Positions 1-11,710 of a stretch of DNA of 64,000 nucleotides are shown here, in pieces (positions within the stretch are counted from its first letter, which is position 1; each line of letters begins with the position of its first letter). Under the pieces are notes generated by a model. The model saw only the letters and a list, made by a program, of their open reading frames with translations, searched no databases and was not told where the DNA came from. Where the stretch lies: contig CM060733.1 of NCBI GenBank assembly GCA_030704615.1, positions 33,046,001-33,110,000 of the forward strand, written 5' to 3'. The position numbers were made by a program, and so were the translations under genes. This stretch comes from Takakia lepidozioides (lineage: Eukaryota; Plantae; Bryophyta).

Positions 1-1624
1 GCTGGAAAAATACATTGTTGCAGCAAAACTTAGGAAAGTACTTCTCCCCTTCCACTACACACGTGAAATGAAAGAAGCCAACCAACAGCATACCAGCCAA
101 GAAAATATGAAACCAGCCACGAAAAGAGCCAATATATGCAGTGAAGGTCGACACTAAATGAAACTTATCCAACACTTACATTAGAGGAGGGAAGCTAAGT
201 CTTACCTCCATAAGCTTGCCCACATCAAATTTGGGAGCTTTTAGAATTTCTCCTTTCCGGTTGAATGAACTTGGCTACAAGATCCTTCAAATCGCAAGTT
301 TGAGCTTCACACACAATGAACTTGCAGGGATTGAGCTTCCAATGCGAACCATGAGTCTTATATTGATAGCATTGTTGTAAAACACATGGACCAACAATGA
401 CAGTCTCTGGAATGACATATAGTACAGTAATGACATATAGTACAGCATGCCGCTTCTAGTTGACCATCTACCCATGTAGGTTTCTTGTACCTATCCTTCC
501 ACAGGGAATCATAGGTAATGTGGAGCTTGAAATCCAGCCCTCTTGGATGAATCTGGACCCACACTCTATCCCTGCTCCTTCAGCTATCCATGCCTCTGAC
601 AACCTACAATTCTACCAGCAAACACCCCAACCATACTGGTGTGGAGTTCTTCCCCAAAACACCCCAACCCTACTTATCACAATCTGAAATGCATCTGCTT
701 CTCTCTGTAGTCCAACAGGCATTCGCCTTTTTGTCTCCATTGTCCCACCATTGGGGTCGGAAAGTGTTCACTCCAAAGCTTCTCCTCACCTCTATCATAT
801 GTTTTTGGATACTTCCCTGCTGCCACACTAGCAGTAACTTGCCAAAGTCACTCCAAACCACCACAGATGTACCCAACGACCTAACTTACAAAATTCAATA
901 TGCATCTTGCGGCCGAGTCTGATGAGAGGGCAACACAGGCTGAAATAGGTTGAAGAAGAAGGTGCCCTACCACATTGTCCTTGACTTGTCCTGACCCATG
1001 GAGGATTTGACCGATGACCTCTTGTGTGTGCTGCTTGTGTCTGTAGTCAGGTAATGTCGGATTGGTCTGTCAGATCGAACCACTATGGCGTAGATGAGTA
1101 GTCAGAGATTGAAACACGCTTGCTAAGACCAAGCTGACTCTCCCAAGAACGGCGAGCTCGCTTGTCCTCGTCTCGTCTCCTCCTCCTCTTCTCCTTCGTG
1201 CATCATTTGCTCAACGCCTCCATCCCACGCCCCTGCATATCCTGCTATCATCGTGTTCCATCCCTCAGCTATGTGGTGTGGCACAGGAGACAAAAAGACG
1301 CCAAGTCCCAGCCCTCCTTTCTGTTCACGATTACACTAATGGGCAACCTTATTAGCAAAAAAATTTAACTTTTTTAAACCTAATGGGCAACCTTATTTGC
1401 ATTATATGTGCCTTCAAAATGACACGTGTAGTGATGTCGTCGTATAAATAGAGCTCTGAAACCATCTTCAGTCATGGAGTCATAAGATTCCATGAAACGT
1501 CGTCCACGTGTAGTCAAACATATCGCACTAGTCATATAAACCATCCCTGTCATCATGGTCAACAATGTTTGACCAATGCTCCCTAACTTTCCGGAGTCAT
1601 GTAGTGATATCCATTACTACAAAG

Positions 1625-1939
1625 TCATAAAACTAAAACTGTAATGCATTTCAGCGCTCCGATGTCCATGTCATGCACAATGGTCTCCGTGGCAGTCTCC
1701 TCCCCTTCCCTTCTTCCCTCCATTTTAGGCTGGCCCGCCTCTGGGATCTGTTCTGATTCGTGGGTTGACGTATCCTGTGCAACCTGCTCATCAGCGTTTT
1801 GCAGATTGCGCAACTTTCTCATTTTGACTCGCGCGTTTTTCCTCTCTCTCGCACTCGTGAAGTAAAGGGACTGCCTTCTACGTCTTCTTACTATGTCTTC
1901 TCTCTCACTCCCGCAGCTCTCCAGCTTGACTAACAACAA
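1625..1939 (-). CDS. Small basic ORF divergent from MULE transposase copy 1 (homolog of 44428-44847)
   Basis: RRRQSLYFTSARERKNARVKM matches KRRKSLYFTSLRERLRSREKM in copy 2. The SLYFTS codons differ only synonymously, and position/orientation relative to the transposase is the same. Confidence 0.55.
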   Translation of the reverse strand: MLLVKLESCGSEREDIVRRRRRQSLYFTSARERKNARVKMRKLRNLQNADEQVAQDTSTHESEQIPEAGQPKMEGRREGEETATETIVHDMDIGALKCITVLVL

Positions 1940-2572
1940 TAGAGAAAGTAAGGAACCCTCTAAAGCCGTCAGTTATGCATGTGGTTAAGGACGTGCGTGT
2001 CTACCTTCTAACCCCCCAAATGGATCGATCTCACTGGCTGCGGTTTATTGGGCGCCCCTAATGCCATCAATAAGGCCGTTTTCTTCAAATGTGGATGTTT
2101 TGTGATTTGGATGAAATATTGCGCACATGAGGCATGCCATCGCCCTATCATACACGGATTTTGCCTTCTTCAAAACGAAAACATACATAACGTCAGGAAC
2201 GCCATGTCCGCGTTCATCCGGCGTCGGATATTTCCTGGGTTCGGCACTCAATGCACTGTTCGGGTTCACGTTGTGAAACGCCGCAAAACGCAAATTGGAT
2301 TGCCATATCCAAGATGGCGCCGTCTTTTCCCGGTGGTGTGACACTGACAAAATAAACAGTTTTGTTCCCTTCTCCATCAATTTGGCAACTGCCAAACTGT
2401 TTTGGCGGTGTGGTTCAATACCCTTGACCGTTATTGGTTAATGTGTGGGGCCAGTTGTACAACTGCCTCTTGTCTTATCAAACACTTTTGGGATTTGGCA
2501 ATCGCCTCTGGAAGGTTTTTACCTGTCCATGTCGCACAGTTGTATTGGTATTCACCATCGTATGTTCACCAC

Positions 2573-5500
2573 ATGGCTTCTCCTAATGACGTGGCCTTCG
2601 CCAAGTTTCAGTATACTGAAGAACCTTGCCCTTTCAGTGCCGCGGTTGAAGATGATGGTTTTGTTGTGGTGGAGGAGCATGTTCTGGCAGCAAGGTTCAA
2701 GCTTGACATTGGTTGTGTTGCTGTCGAGAAAGAGATCTATGACTTAGAGGGAAACGTTCAAAGAACGTTGTTCCAGAAGCCGCACGTTGCACAGAAACAC
2801 AAGGAATGGAGAGTTCTTCCTGGAAAATATCGTGTGTTCCAAAGTGAAAGGAGACAATCCGGTGGCTCCATTGTGACTCCTGGGACAGCTGCCTCTGTCG
2901 TTCAAGGAAAGCGGCATGTGACTGTGAAGCAGGAGGACACCACTTCAACAACATTTGCGACACTGTCGGATTCCTTGGATGATGAATTGGCGGAAATACT
3001 GGCTCCCATGAACAGTCTTCCTGAAGGGGACGTCGATGTTCAGGAAATCATTAGCGTCATCCCACATCTGAAAGCATTGTCAGGAAAACCAGGATCCAAA
3101 AACGACATCGCAGGGATACTGTGGGATTCATTCGCAACAAAAAAGGGTTCCTTTCCTTCCACCTTCCTTCGACGGTGACATCCTCTTTGAACTGAATCCA
3201 CCAACTTGTGTTGGGGGCCTCTCAGGTCTCTTGCAAGGAATGGATAAAAAGCATGACGACCATCCATGGTGCAAAACCAAAACGTCCAATATCCACAACG
3301 ATGTAAACTTGACATTCAGAAGGAGCGTTTGTGTGGGGCATCTAAGATGTGTGAATGCAAGTTGCCTGCGTTTCATGAAGAGCGGTGCTAAAAATGAGAG
3401 TGAGTGGGAAGGACTCTCCGACAATCCTTTTATCCCAGGTTGTGCCCCACCGTCTGCCAGTACATTTGTTTGTAAGTTCTGCAAGGTGGCCCCCTCCTGC
3501 ATTGCACATTGCCCTGCTCCATGTACTACGTTACTCACCGTTGCACAACCATGACTCGAGCCTACATTCATTTTGGGACTCACGACCATCCTGTGTCTCA
3601 CGGCGATTGCAGAGATAGTGTTGTGTTGGCGCGTGGGCTTGTCGTGGAGGAGTTTGCAAAGTCCCCTTCAGTCAAACCATCTGCCATAGTGCTGGCTGCC
3701 AGCAAAAGTTTCCTAGAGAGGCACATTCTGGGGCAAGGAAGCGAATCCAGCTCAAGACTTGAGGGGGCGTCTTTGGATGCAGCGATGGATCACTTCTCCG
3801 TGTTGAGCTCCCCCAACATTAGGAATTAGGTGAATGCATTGAGAGTGCACGGTGGAAACACAGGGTCCATCGACAGCATTATGGAGCTCAAGCGAATAAG
3901 TCAATATGACTTTATCCAATTTAGCGTCTTCCCGGGTCAGGGGTCTTCAAAGGTTTACTTGTTAAAGATGTCTACGGTGGGCGAGGGCAGTGGTGTCAGC
4001 CTGGCCAGACGTATGCAACCAGGGGGGGATCTGGAGAAAGCCTGGATGATGTTCGATCATTGCAAACGAGTGAAAGGGCTGGACAACCATGTCTTGCCAT
4101 GTTTACGACCCGAACTACCAAAGAGTAATGACAATTGCCATCTGTGACATGCAATCTGAAGATACAGAGTCCCAGATGATAATGTGGAATTGTTTGCTTT
4201 CAGTCATGGAGTCCAATGGACATACAGGCATAAATTTCAACGGGTTTATGGCGGATAGTGCACATGCTAACTTCAACGCTGTGCGCCGAGTTTTTGGATC
4301 TGGTGATCCAAAGGTACCCATGCCTAATAGGGAGCGCACATGTCTATTCCACTGGACTCAGTCCCTGCAGAAACATACGAAGAGGTGCATCAGAAGAGAT
4401 CTGCAGGCGGAGCACATGAGGCTCTGCGTCATGTACAAGAACGCGACTACAATGGAAGAGGCTGAGACCATGTACCAGACAGTGAGAGCATGGTGGTTCT
4501 CGTCAGGGGCTACTGATCAGGATGGTGTCAAAGAATTGGAAGACTGGTTGGTCTTCTGGCACTTCAGATACAGGCAATGGGGGGCTTTCATGACTATTAT
4601 AAGCTGCCTTTCACCTCTGCAATCCCTTGTATGTGCCCAGTTTCTTTCCTTGTTCCCAGAACAGTCCGCGCTTGCATGAATGACGCTCTTTCATTTTCCT
4701 TTCACAGGACATGTCCCTTGAGGACATTGCAGACATGCCGTCGTGCAACCTGGCAGAAAGCGTTCACGCCGCCTGGAAGCAGCAATATGGCAAAGCAGGA
4801 AAAATCTGTACATTGCTACAACAAATGATCTGGTACGAGCTCTAACCCAGCAAACAAGATATCGTGACTTCCTCAGGGGGCGATGTGGGGGCAAAGAACC
4901 AGATACAACAGAGTTGATGCTGAGGGTTGCAAGAAGGTCCGGGGATCCAACGAAGATGGCAAAGGCAGTGAACATGTGCACAATGGGCTCGCCTCTCCAA
5001 TCAAGGGAGCCCCATCTGGAAGGAGAGGAAAGGTTTGGGACTTGCAAACGCAAGCTAAATACACCTCCAGGATCAGATGGGGATTCACATCGCCATGACA
5101 GAGACAACTTCTTTGTACCCAAGATTTCTCCACTACAAAGCATGGCATCTAGTAGGAAAGAGGCTACTGGTGCATCCTCTTCCACAGAGACCTGTCCTCT
5201 ACCTGCAACCCCTGTAATTGCGGGTTTCCAGCAGGACCACAGGGGGGCAGTGCACGAGTCACCTTGTGCTGACTCCGAATGGCACATCGAGCGAACTACT
5301 CCAGGGTCTAGAGTTGGCTGCGCTGCAGTGAGGGCCATTAGTTATGAAAAGTGTAAGTCCAGGATAGCCAAAGGCTCAGCGGGTACTCCAGCTCCGACGT
5401 TCACATGTTTCGGCCATATATGTCAAAGGAGTCGAAGACGCACAAATTCTGGTTCTGCCCGGACGATATGGCTCGCTGTGTGAATGGTATCGTCCGCGAC

Positions 5501-6173
5501 TCCTGCATTGCTAAGCCTCCCCCACCCACCATTTGGCCAGTGCGGCTGGGAACCTCCCTAACAACACTGGAGATTGGCAAGTTGGAGGACGTCGGCTTTC
5601 GTTTGCACCGGATCTGTGGCGTCGACTCTTGGTGGCCTTGCTGCTATGGTGCCTCCTCCAGACAATACTTCGCATCCCACGAGAATGAATGGCAAAACAG
5701 TGCATCGGGTGGCTTCGGGGCCTGATCACAATGCGAAGGTGGAATCGGCCAAACTACTTCAGGCTCGGGTAACAGGAACAATGGAAGTACCTTCACTTGG
5801 GTATGGACGGGTTTATACTTTGGTCACATCTGGGTCTGTTTTGCACGACAGGGCCTATCAGGTGACAGTGGGGAATTTTCCGGGGTGTACCTGTCCCGAC
5901 TTCGTGTGCATGCGTGAGGAAGCTCTAGGAAAGAGAGGGAAATGGGTTCCCTGCAAGCATCTTTACTACATCTTTTTGCGCAGGATGTATTGTGATCCCA
6001 AAAGAGACCAAATCATTCACCAGGCGACACTTGGTCCTGGTGAGGTACGGACACTTTTTGCAGCGAGACATTGGCAATATCGAGTAGTGTTGCATATGTT
6101 GCGATTTTTCGCAATGTCGGAAAAGGCTGCCTTGTTTGAAGAACATGTATACTCAGTTCTTAAATCTGGATAA
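2573..6173 (+). pseudogene. Mutator-like (MULE) transposase, copy 1: WRKY/GCM-like Zn DNA-binding domain + DDE + Cys-rich region + SWIM; frameshifted
   Basis: HPWCKTKTSN..RSVCVGHLRC..CKFC..HFGTHDHP (GCM-like); MMFDH, FMADSA, CLFH (CxxH), CNLAESVH (catalytic E); SWIM CTCPDF..WVPCKHLYYIF. Intron ~4599-4707 has a decayed donor. Several frameshifts and a TAG at 3827. Confidence 0.85.
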
Positions 6174-6294
6174 GCAGATGATGTCTCGTTTTGAAAGGTA
6201 GTTTATTTTTTCATCGGGTTTGGTTAACGAGCCTCCAAAATTGAGTGCGTCAACGCACACCACTTCTGCCCCCACCCCCAATATTTCCCCGGGC

Positions 6295-6332
<38 letters not shown>

Positions 6333-6424
6333 TTTTTGGTTCGTGGGCTTGCCAAACATGGACAAGTGTCAGTATGAAAGCTCACTTTATTTTTTGACGG
6401 CCTCTACAGAAGCATTGCGTAAAT

Positions 6425-7860
6425 GAGCTTCATGATGACCATCTGTATTTTTTTTCCACTTCTTCTTGAATAACAAGCACCTGAACAAGTTTCACAATGA
6501 CAGCTCATTTGTTTTCACGTCCTCTATACAAACAAACCCTACATAAGCATTCATGATGACCATATGATTTTTTTTTCACCTCTTCTTCAATAACAAAAAC
6601 CTGAAGAAGTTTGACAATGATAGAGCTCAAGTTTTTTTTTCACCTCTTCTTCACAAACAATCCCTAATTTATTCATGATGACCATCTGATTTTTTTTTCA
6701 CCTCTTTTTCATCAACAGAAACCTGAACAAGATTGACAATGATAGAGCTCAATTTGTTTCACCTCTTCTTCACAAACAAACCCTAAATAAGCATTCATGA
6801 TGACTATCTGGTTTTTTTTCACCTCTTCTTCAAAAACAGAAACCTGAAGAAGTTTGACAATGGTAGAGCTCAAGGTTTTTTTTTTCATGTCTTCTTCACA
6901 AACAACCCCTAATTTATTCCCTAAATAAGCATTCATGATGACCGTCTGGTTTTTTTTTCACCTCTTCTTCAATAACAGAAACCTGAAGAAGTTTGACAAT
7001 GATAGAGCTCAACTTTTTTTTCACCTCTTCTTCACAAACAAACCCTAAATAAGCATTCATGATGACCATCTAATATTTTTTTCACCTCTTCTTCAATAAC
7101 ATAAACCTTAACAAGTTTGAGAATGAGAGCTCAATTTTTTCACCTCTTCTTCACAAACAAACCCTAAATAAATGACCATCTGATTTCTTTTTTCACCTCT
7201 TCTTCAATAACAGAAACCTGAACAAGTTTGACAATGATAGAGCTTAGCTTTTCTTTTCACCTCTTCTTCACAAACAAACCCTATATAAGCATTCATGATG
7301 ACCATCTGATTTTTTTTTCACCTCTTCTTCAATAACATAATCCTAAACAAGTTTCACAAGGATAGCTCAATGTTTTTTTTCACCTCTTCTTCACAAAGAC
7401 ACCCTAAATAAGCAATCACAATGACCATGTGTTTTCTTTTCACCTCATCTTCAATAATACAAACCTGAACAAGTTCCACAATAAACCGCTCATTTTGTTA
7501 CACATCTTCTTCACAAACAAAGCCTAAATAAGCTTGAAGATGGTCATCTGTCAAATTTTCACCTCATCTACATTAATAAAAACCATTGCCTGTTTCACAA
7601 TGAGTGGTCATATTTTGCCCATCCTCATTATTTTAATCCTTTCCTTCAATATTTCATCCATCCATCATCCATCCACCATAGATGAAATACTGGAAACGTC
7701 AAACAGCTTGACAATGAGCATCCAAACTTTTCTTGCCTCTTGTTCATGCAAGAATCCCTAAGTAAGACATGATGACTCACCCAACATTTTTTTTCACCTC
7801 TTCTTCAATAAGAAAACCTCAGTAAGTTTCACAATGACCATGCCATTTTTTCTATACCTC
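6425..7860. repeat. Tandem satellite, ~122-bp unit (two related ~60-bp halves), ~10 copies, most with AAACCCTAAA
   Basis: ATAAGCATTCATGATGACC-like motif recurs at ~6544, 6787, 6925, 7049, 7285, 7408 and 7528; TTCACCTCTTCTTCA occurs twice per unit. Confidence 0.9.
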
Positions 7861-8029
7861 TTTCTTTAAGCACTATAACTGCTTCCACGACAATAGGACC
7901 CTCTCTAAACAAATGACTCGGGTATGGGGCCTGCTTCTTCCTCCACTAAACCCCTGGGCTCACGCTTAGAGGGCAAAGCATGAGCCGAGCTCCTAGGCTC
8001 ACGCGGCTAGGTTCACGCCGTAGCTGCAC

Positions 8030-8565
8030 TCCCCGTGACCCCACTGCAGCTGCATCCAGCAACACTGCTGACCCAAGCCACGACCGGACTTGATGCAAAC
8101 TGGCCATCACCCTGGCCCGAGAATCGCCCATCAGTGGCACATTCTCCAAGATGTATGCTGGAGATACAGCTTGATGAAGCTATAAGTAGCGCAAAACCCA
8201 CACCATCTCCCAAAACAGACCCGACCTCGAGTCTCGCAATCCATTGCCATGCTCGGCTGATGAATGCCCTTGGCAGGGCCAACCTGCCACTACCAAATCA
8301 ATGGAGCCAACCCGCCCCAAATCATGCGCCCCTAGCAAAGAGATGTATGCTAGCAAGGTCTGCTGATTACAAAGGAACCGCAGACACCGGTAACAACTCA
8401 GGGTACTGCTGCACCAACTGAGCAACATGACGAAGTGAGACGCGTCGTGCAGTCTCATCCATCTCCACATACAGATAACGCCGAACTCGTACACCTGCCT
8501 GTAGAACAGCAGCCAATCTGGTGCTGATCCCACCAAACAAGTCCAGAAGGCAAATGCCTTCATCC
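8030..8565 (-). pseudogene. C5-cytosine DNA methyltransferase domain (retrotransposon-borne), truncated and frameshifted
   Basis: Motif I LLDLFGGIS (8527-8547), motif II RRYLYVEMD, motif IV IDLVVAGWPCQG (PCQG region 8266-8284), V GLRDSRSGLF, VI YILENV (8138-8149), then LDAAAVGSR (start of VIII). One frameshift and stops. Confidence 0.88.
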
Positions 8566-8589
8566 GGACACTGTCACATGATCGGTGTG

Positions 8590-10077
8590 GTGTCCAATGG
8601 TGACCTGAGCTGTGGCCATGGCAGCGAGCCTTTGTTCTAGCTGCTAAAGCCGGTTGGCCATGCCTTGGTCAACACCCTGACCTCCGCGTCCTTGGCCATG
8701 TTGAGCTTGCCCTTGGCCTGCACCTCGTGCCTGACCACCTCGTCCTCTCTGGGTTGCTCCACCTCGCCCCCGGCCACCATTGTTCCCTTGGAACTGGCCT
8801 GGGCGCAACTCAGGATGCAAACCATAGCACTAGGTCTCTCCATGCCCGTACTTGCCACAATGCCCACACTGCAACTGTGCAGGCTGTGCCGGTGCCAAAC
8901 CATTGCCTCCCTCTAGGCAATCCTTCTTGACATGGGGTCCTCCAATGTCCAGCACACCACATCCGCCCGTTGTTGGCCAGCAAATGAAGGGAGAGACCCC
9001 TGCATCTGAGGTCCTCTCTGTCCTTCCCTAGGCTTCACCTGAGCCCCCTTGTTGCCTTGAGCACGTTGAGGTAGTGGCTGGCTAGGAACACCACTACTCC
9101 GTGGTGCCTCCTTAGCAAATCCCACCATGACCACTCGTTCCTCCACCATGTTGAGCTCTATCCGCTCTGCCAGCAAAAACACATTTGCTAAGATGGGTTG
9201 GGCAGCAAAAACACGTTTGCTAAGGTGGGTTGGTCCACTTGTAGGAGAGTTGTATCCCGCACCCTTCTCCTCAGCTCCTTGTCCAATATCCCATACCAGA
9301 ATTGGACTGCTTGAGCTTAAGTAATCCCTTGGGTTACATTTATCAATCGCCTCATGCGCGTGTAAGCCTCCCTCAAACTCTCAGTAGGCTTGCGCTGGAA
9401 CTCTTGCAAGCTCCACAATTTCTCCGTCCTTATCCCCTGGTAGTTTCTCCTCAACTCCTCGAAGAACTCCACAACTGGGTTAAAGGTAGGCACGGGTGCT
9501 GGTGCTGCAGCAGGAGCTTGAGTGGATTTCCCAGCTCCATCTTTACTTGTCCCACTACTAGTGCTTGCAGTTGGGATGTTGGTGTAGCTGCTGGTATCGC
9601 CGCTGCCTTTGTGCCTCTAGTGATGGAGACATAGTCAGGTGACCAATATTGTCGCCACTCCTCAATCTCCACCTCATTTCCCCGCCTAAACTCATGGTAG
9701 TCATCCATAGGCGGCCCCTCAAGGTGCTGAAACAGCCCCTTCCACGCCATTAAAGGCGTAAACAGTTGTGGATTACGCATCTGCTGCAAATCACACCAAC
9801 TATCAAACTCATGTATGAAATCATCAAGCTCGATGGTGCCCACAGCTCCTGAGTACCGACGTGGCCCCTTGGTAGCTCCATACATTTCCTCCATCGTATC
9901 CCACAACAATGGCACGGAAATGTCTTGCACCCTCGGCGAGAAATTTCCTAACTCTGAGTCTGAACCTTTCTCAGAAGACACTGAAGGTGAAGGTGGCCTA
10001 AACCGCACACCTCGTTTTGTATACCCACTAGTATCGCTGGTGCTCATACCGGCACTCTCCTCAGCAACTGGTGGCAT
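8590..10077 (-). pseudogene. Retrotransposon Gag (capsid-like region + two CCHC zinc knuckles + Gly/Arg-rich tail)
   Basis: PRRYSG..LDDFIHEFDSWCD..GLFQHLEG; knuckles CWT(C)GGPHVKKDC (frameshifted, ~8915-8955) and CGHCGKYGHGET*C (~8825-8870), followed by LHPELRP and GRGG repeats. Confidence 0.75.
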
Positions 10078-10854
10078 CTCCGTGACGAAAACTCACACTC
10101 AAACCGGCTATCAACTCGTCTCTAATCCTCCTTTCCACAAGGTAAACGGGTAGAGAAACTGTTGCGGTTTATGGTTTGGAATACTAGGTTCTTATTCTGA
10201 ACCTGCACCTACACCTGCATCCACCGCAGGCACTCCTATGGTCTGCTGGTCATCAACCCAGCCTCACTATAAGAGAAACAATGATGGTCTGCTGGTCATC
10301 ACCCCAGCCTCACCACCGATAGCACGCTCTAGGATTGGCCGGCCACAATATTTCCGGCACAACCACCTATAAAAGCAAGCGCCCAAACCAAACTAGCATG
10401 GCGCATAGTCAAGCATGCATGTGTGGGAGGAGGATCCAAACACAGGAAACTTAAACACAACACCTCCCACAGCTTAAATCCATCGATCTCCTTGCGGTTT
10501 CAATAAACCTGCAAGATGGTCAAGTCTCTATCCAAACTAGCTCTGCCTCCGTTTACGGAAAAGTTTTGGCCTACAAGAATGATGGAAGACTATAGAGAAA
10601 GGAAGCTAAAGCAATCTCTAAGCCCAGAATGCTCTCATCCCATTACTCCCTCTATCTTCATACTCACTCTTGCTCAAGCAATAGATCAGACTATCCTTAA
10701 AGGACCTCTCAAATAACTCTCAAGAGCCCTCAAATTATTGCCATGAACTTCTGAAATCTACCCTCAATCAGCCCCTCACATAGACCCACCGAGGTTCAAG
10801 AAGTTTGCAAACTTGGACTCCAAACAGTCCACTAAAAGGCCCTAGGCGCCCGCC

Positions 10855-11300
10855 AATTAATGGCCTTCAAGGTCTCCAACCAGCCCTCACAACGGCTCCA
10901 CAAGCCTGCCCAATATGGCCTCCAAGGACCTGCAACAGTCCTCCAACAGCCCTTAAGAAGCTGCTCAAATCTGCCAAGTATTGGCCTCCAAGGACCTCCA
11001 ACAGTCCTCCAACAACCCTTAAGAAGCACCTCAAATCTGCCAAGTATTGGCCTCCAAGGACCTCCAATAGTCCCCCAACAGCCCCTAAAAAGCCCTTAAG
11101 AAGCTCCTCAAGCCTGCCCAATATGGGCCTCCAAGGATCTCCAATCGTCCTCCAACCAGCCCTCACAATGCTCCACAGGCCTGCCAAACATTGGCCTCAA
11201 GGACCCCAAATAGTCCTTCAAACAGCCCCCAACAGGCTCCACAAGCCTGCAAGATATTGGCTTCAATAGACCCCAAATAGTCCTCAAGCAAGCCCCTAGA
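10855..11300. repeat. Tandem repeat, ~60-63-bp unit, upstream of gag
   Basis: GGCCTCCAAGGACCTCCAACAGTCCTCCAACAGCCC...GCCAAGTATT repeated ~7 times. Confidence 0.85.
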
Positions 11301-11329
11301 AAGCTCCAAAAATATCCACAGTTAGTCGA

Positions 11330-11710
11330 TTTTTCATCCGTCACTGACCGAATTTCATCCAAAACTGCGATTTCTCATCCGGAGGTCCGATACTTCATCC
11401 GCCGCGATAGTTCATCCGTTGCCGCAAATTTTCATCCGATGGCACGATAGTTCATCCGCTGCCACGATTTCATCCGATGACGCAGTTTCATCCGTCGCCA
11501 CGATTTTTCATCCGATAGCGCGATAGTTCATTCGCTGCCGCGATTTCATCCGCTGATGCAGTTTCATCCGTGGCCGCGATGTTTCATCCGATAGCGCGAT
11601 AGTTCATCCGCTGATGAGATTTCATCCGCTGGCGCAGTTTCATCCACTACAACCAATTCTCATCCAGGAGCGCCAATTTTCATCCACTGGCTCAATAGTT
11701 CATCCGATTG
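11330..11710. repeat. Minisatellite of TTCATCCG every ~18-22 bp
   Basis: About 19 TTCATCC(G/A) cores with CpG-rich spacers (GCGCGATAG, GCCGCGAT). Confidence 0.9.

Noticed and set aside
1-1370. Possible retroelement or gene remnant
   Set aside because: No motif in any frame that I can support; only an 18-bp tandem duplication at ~412-447.
6296-6330. Poly(A) tail implying retroposition of MULE copy 1
   Set aside because: The copy retains its intron and no TSD was found; likely a plain homopolymer.
6425-7860. Telomere or interstitial telomeric tract
   Set aside because: Only single CCCTAAA units per ~122-bp monomer.
10805-11269. Repetitive 154-aa ORF and overlapping frames
   Set aside because: By-product of the tandem repeat; open in several frames.
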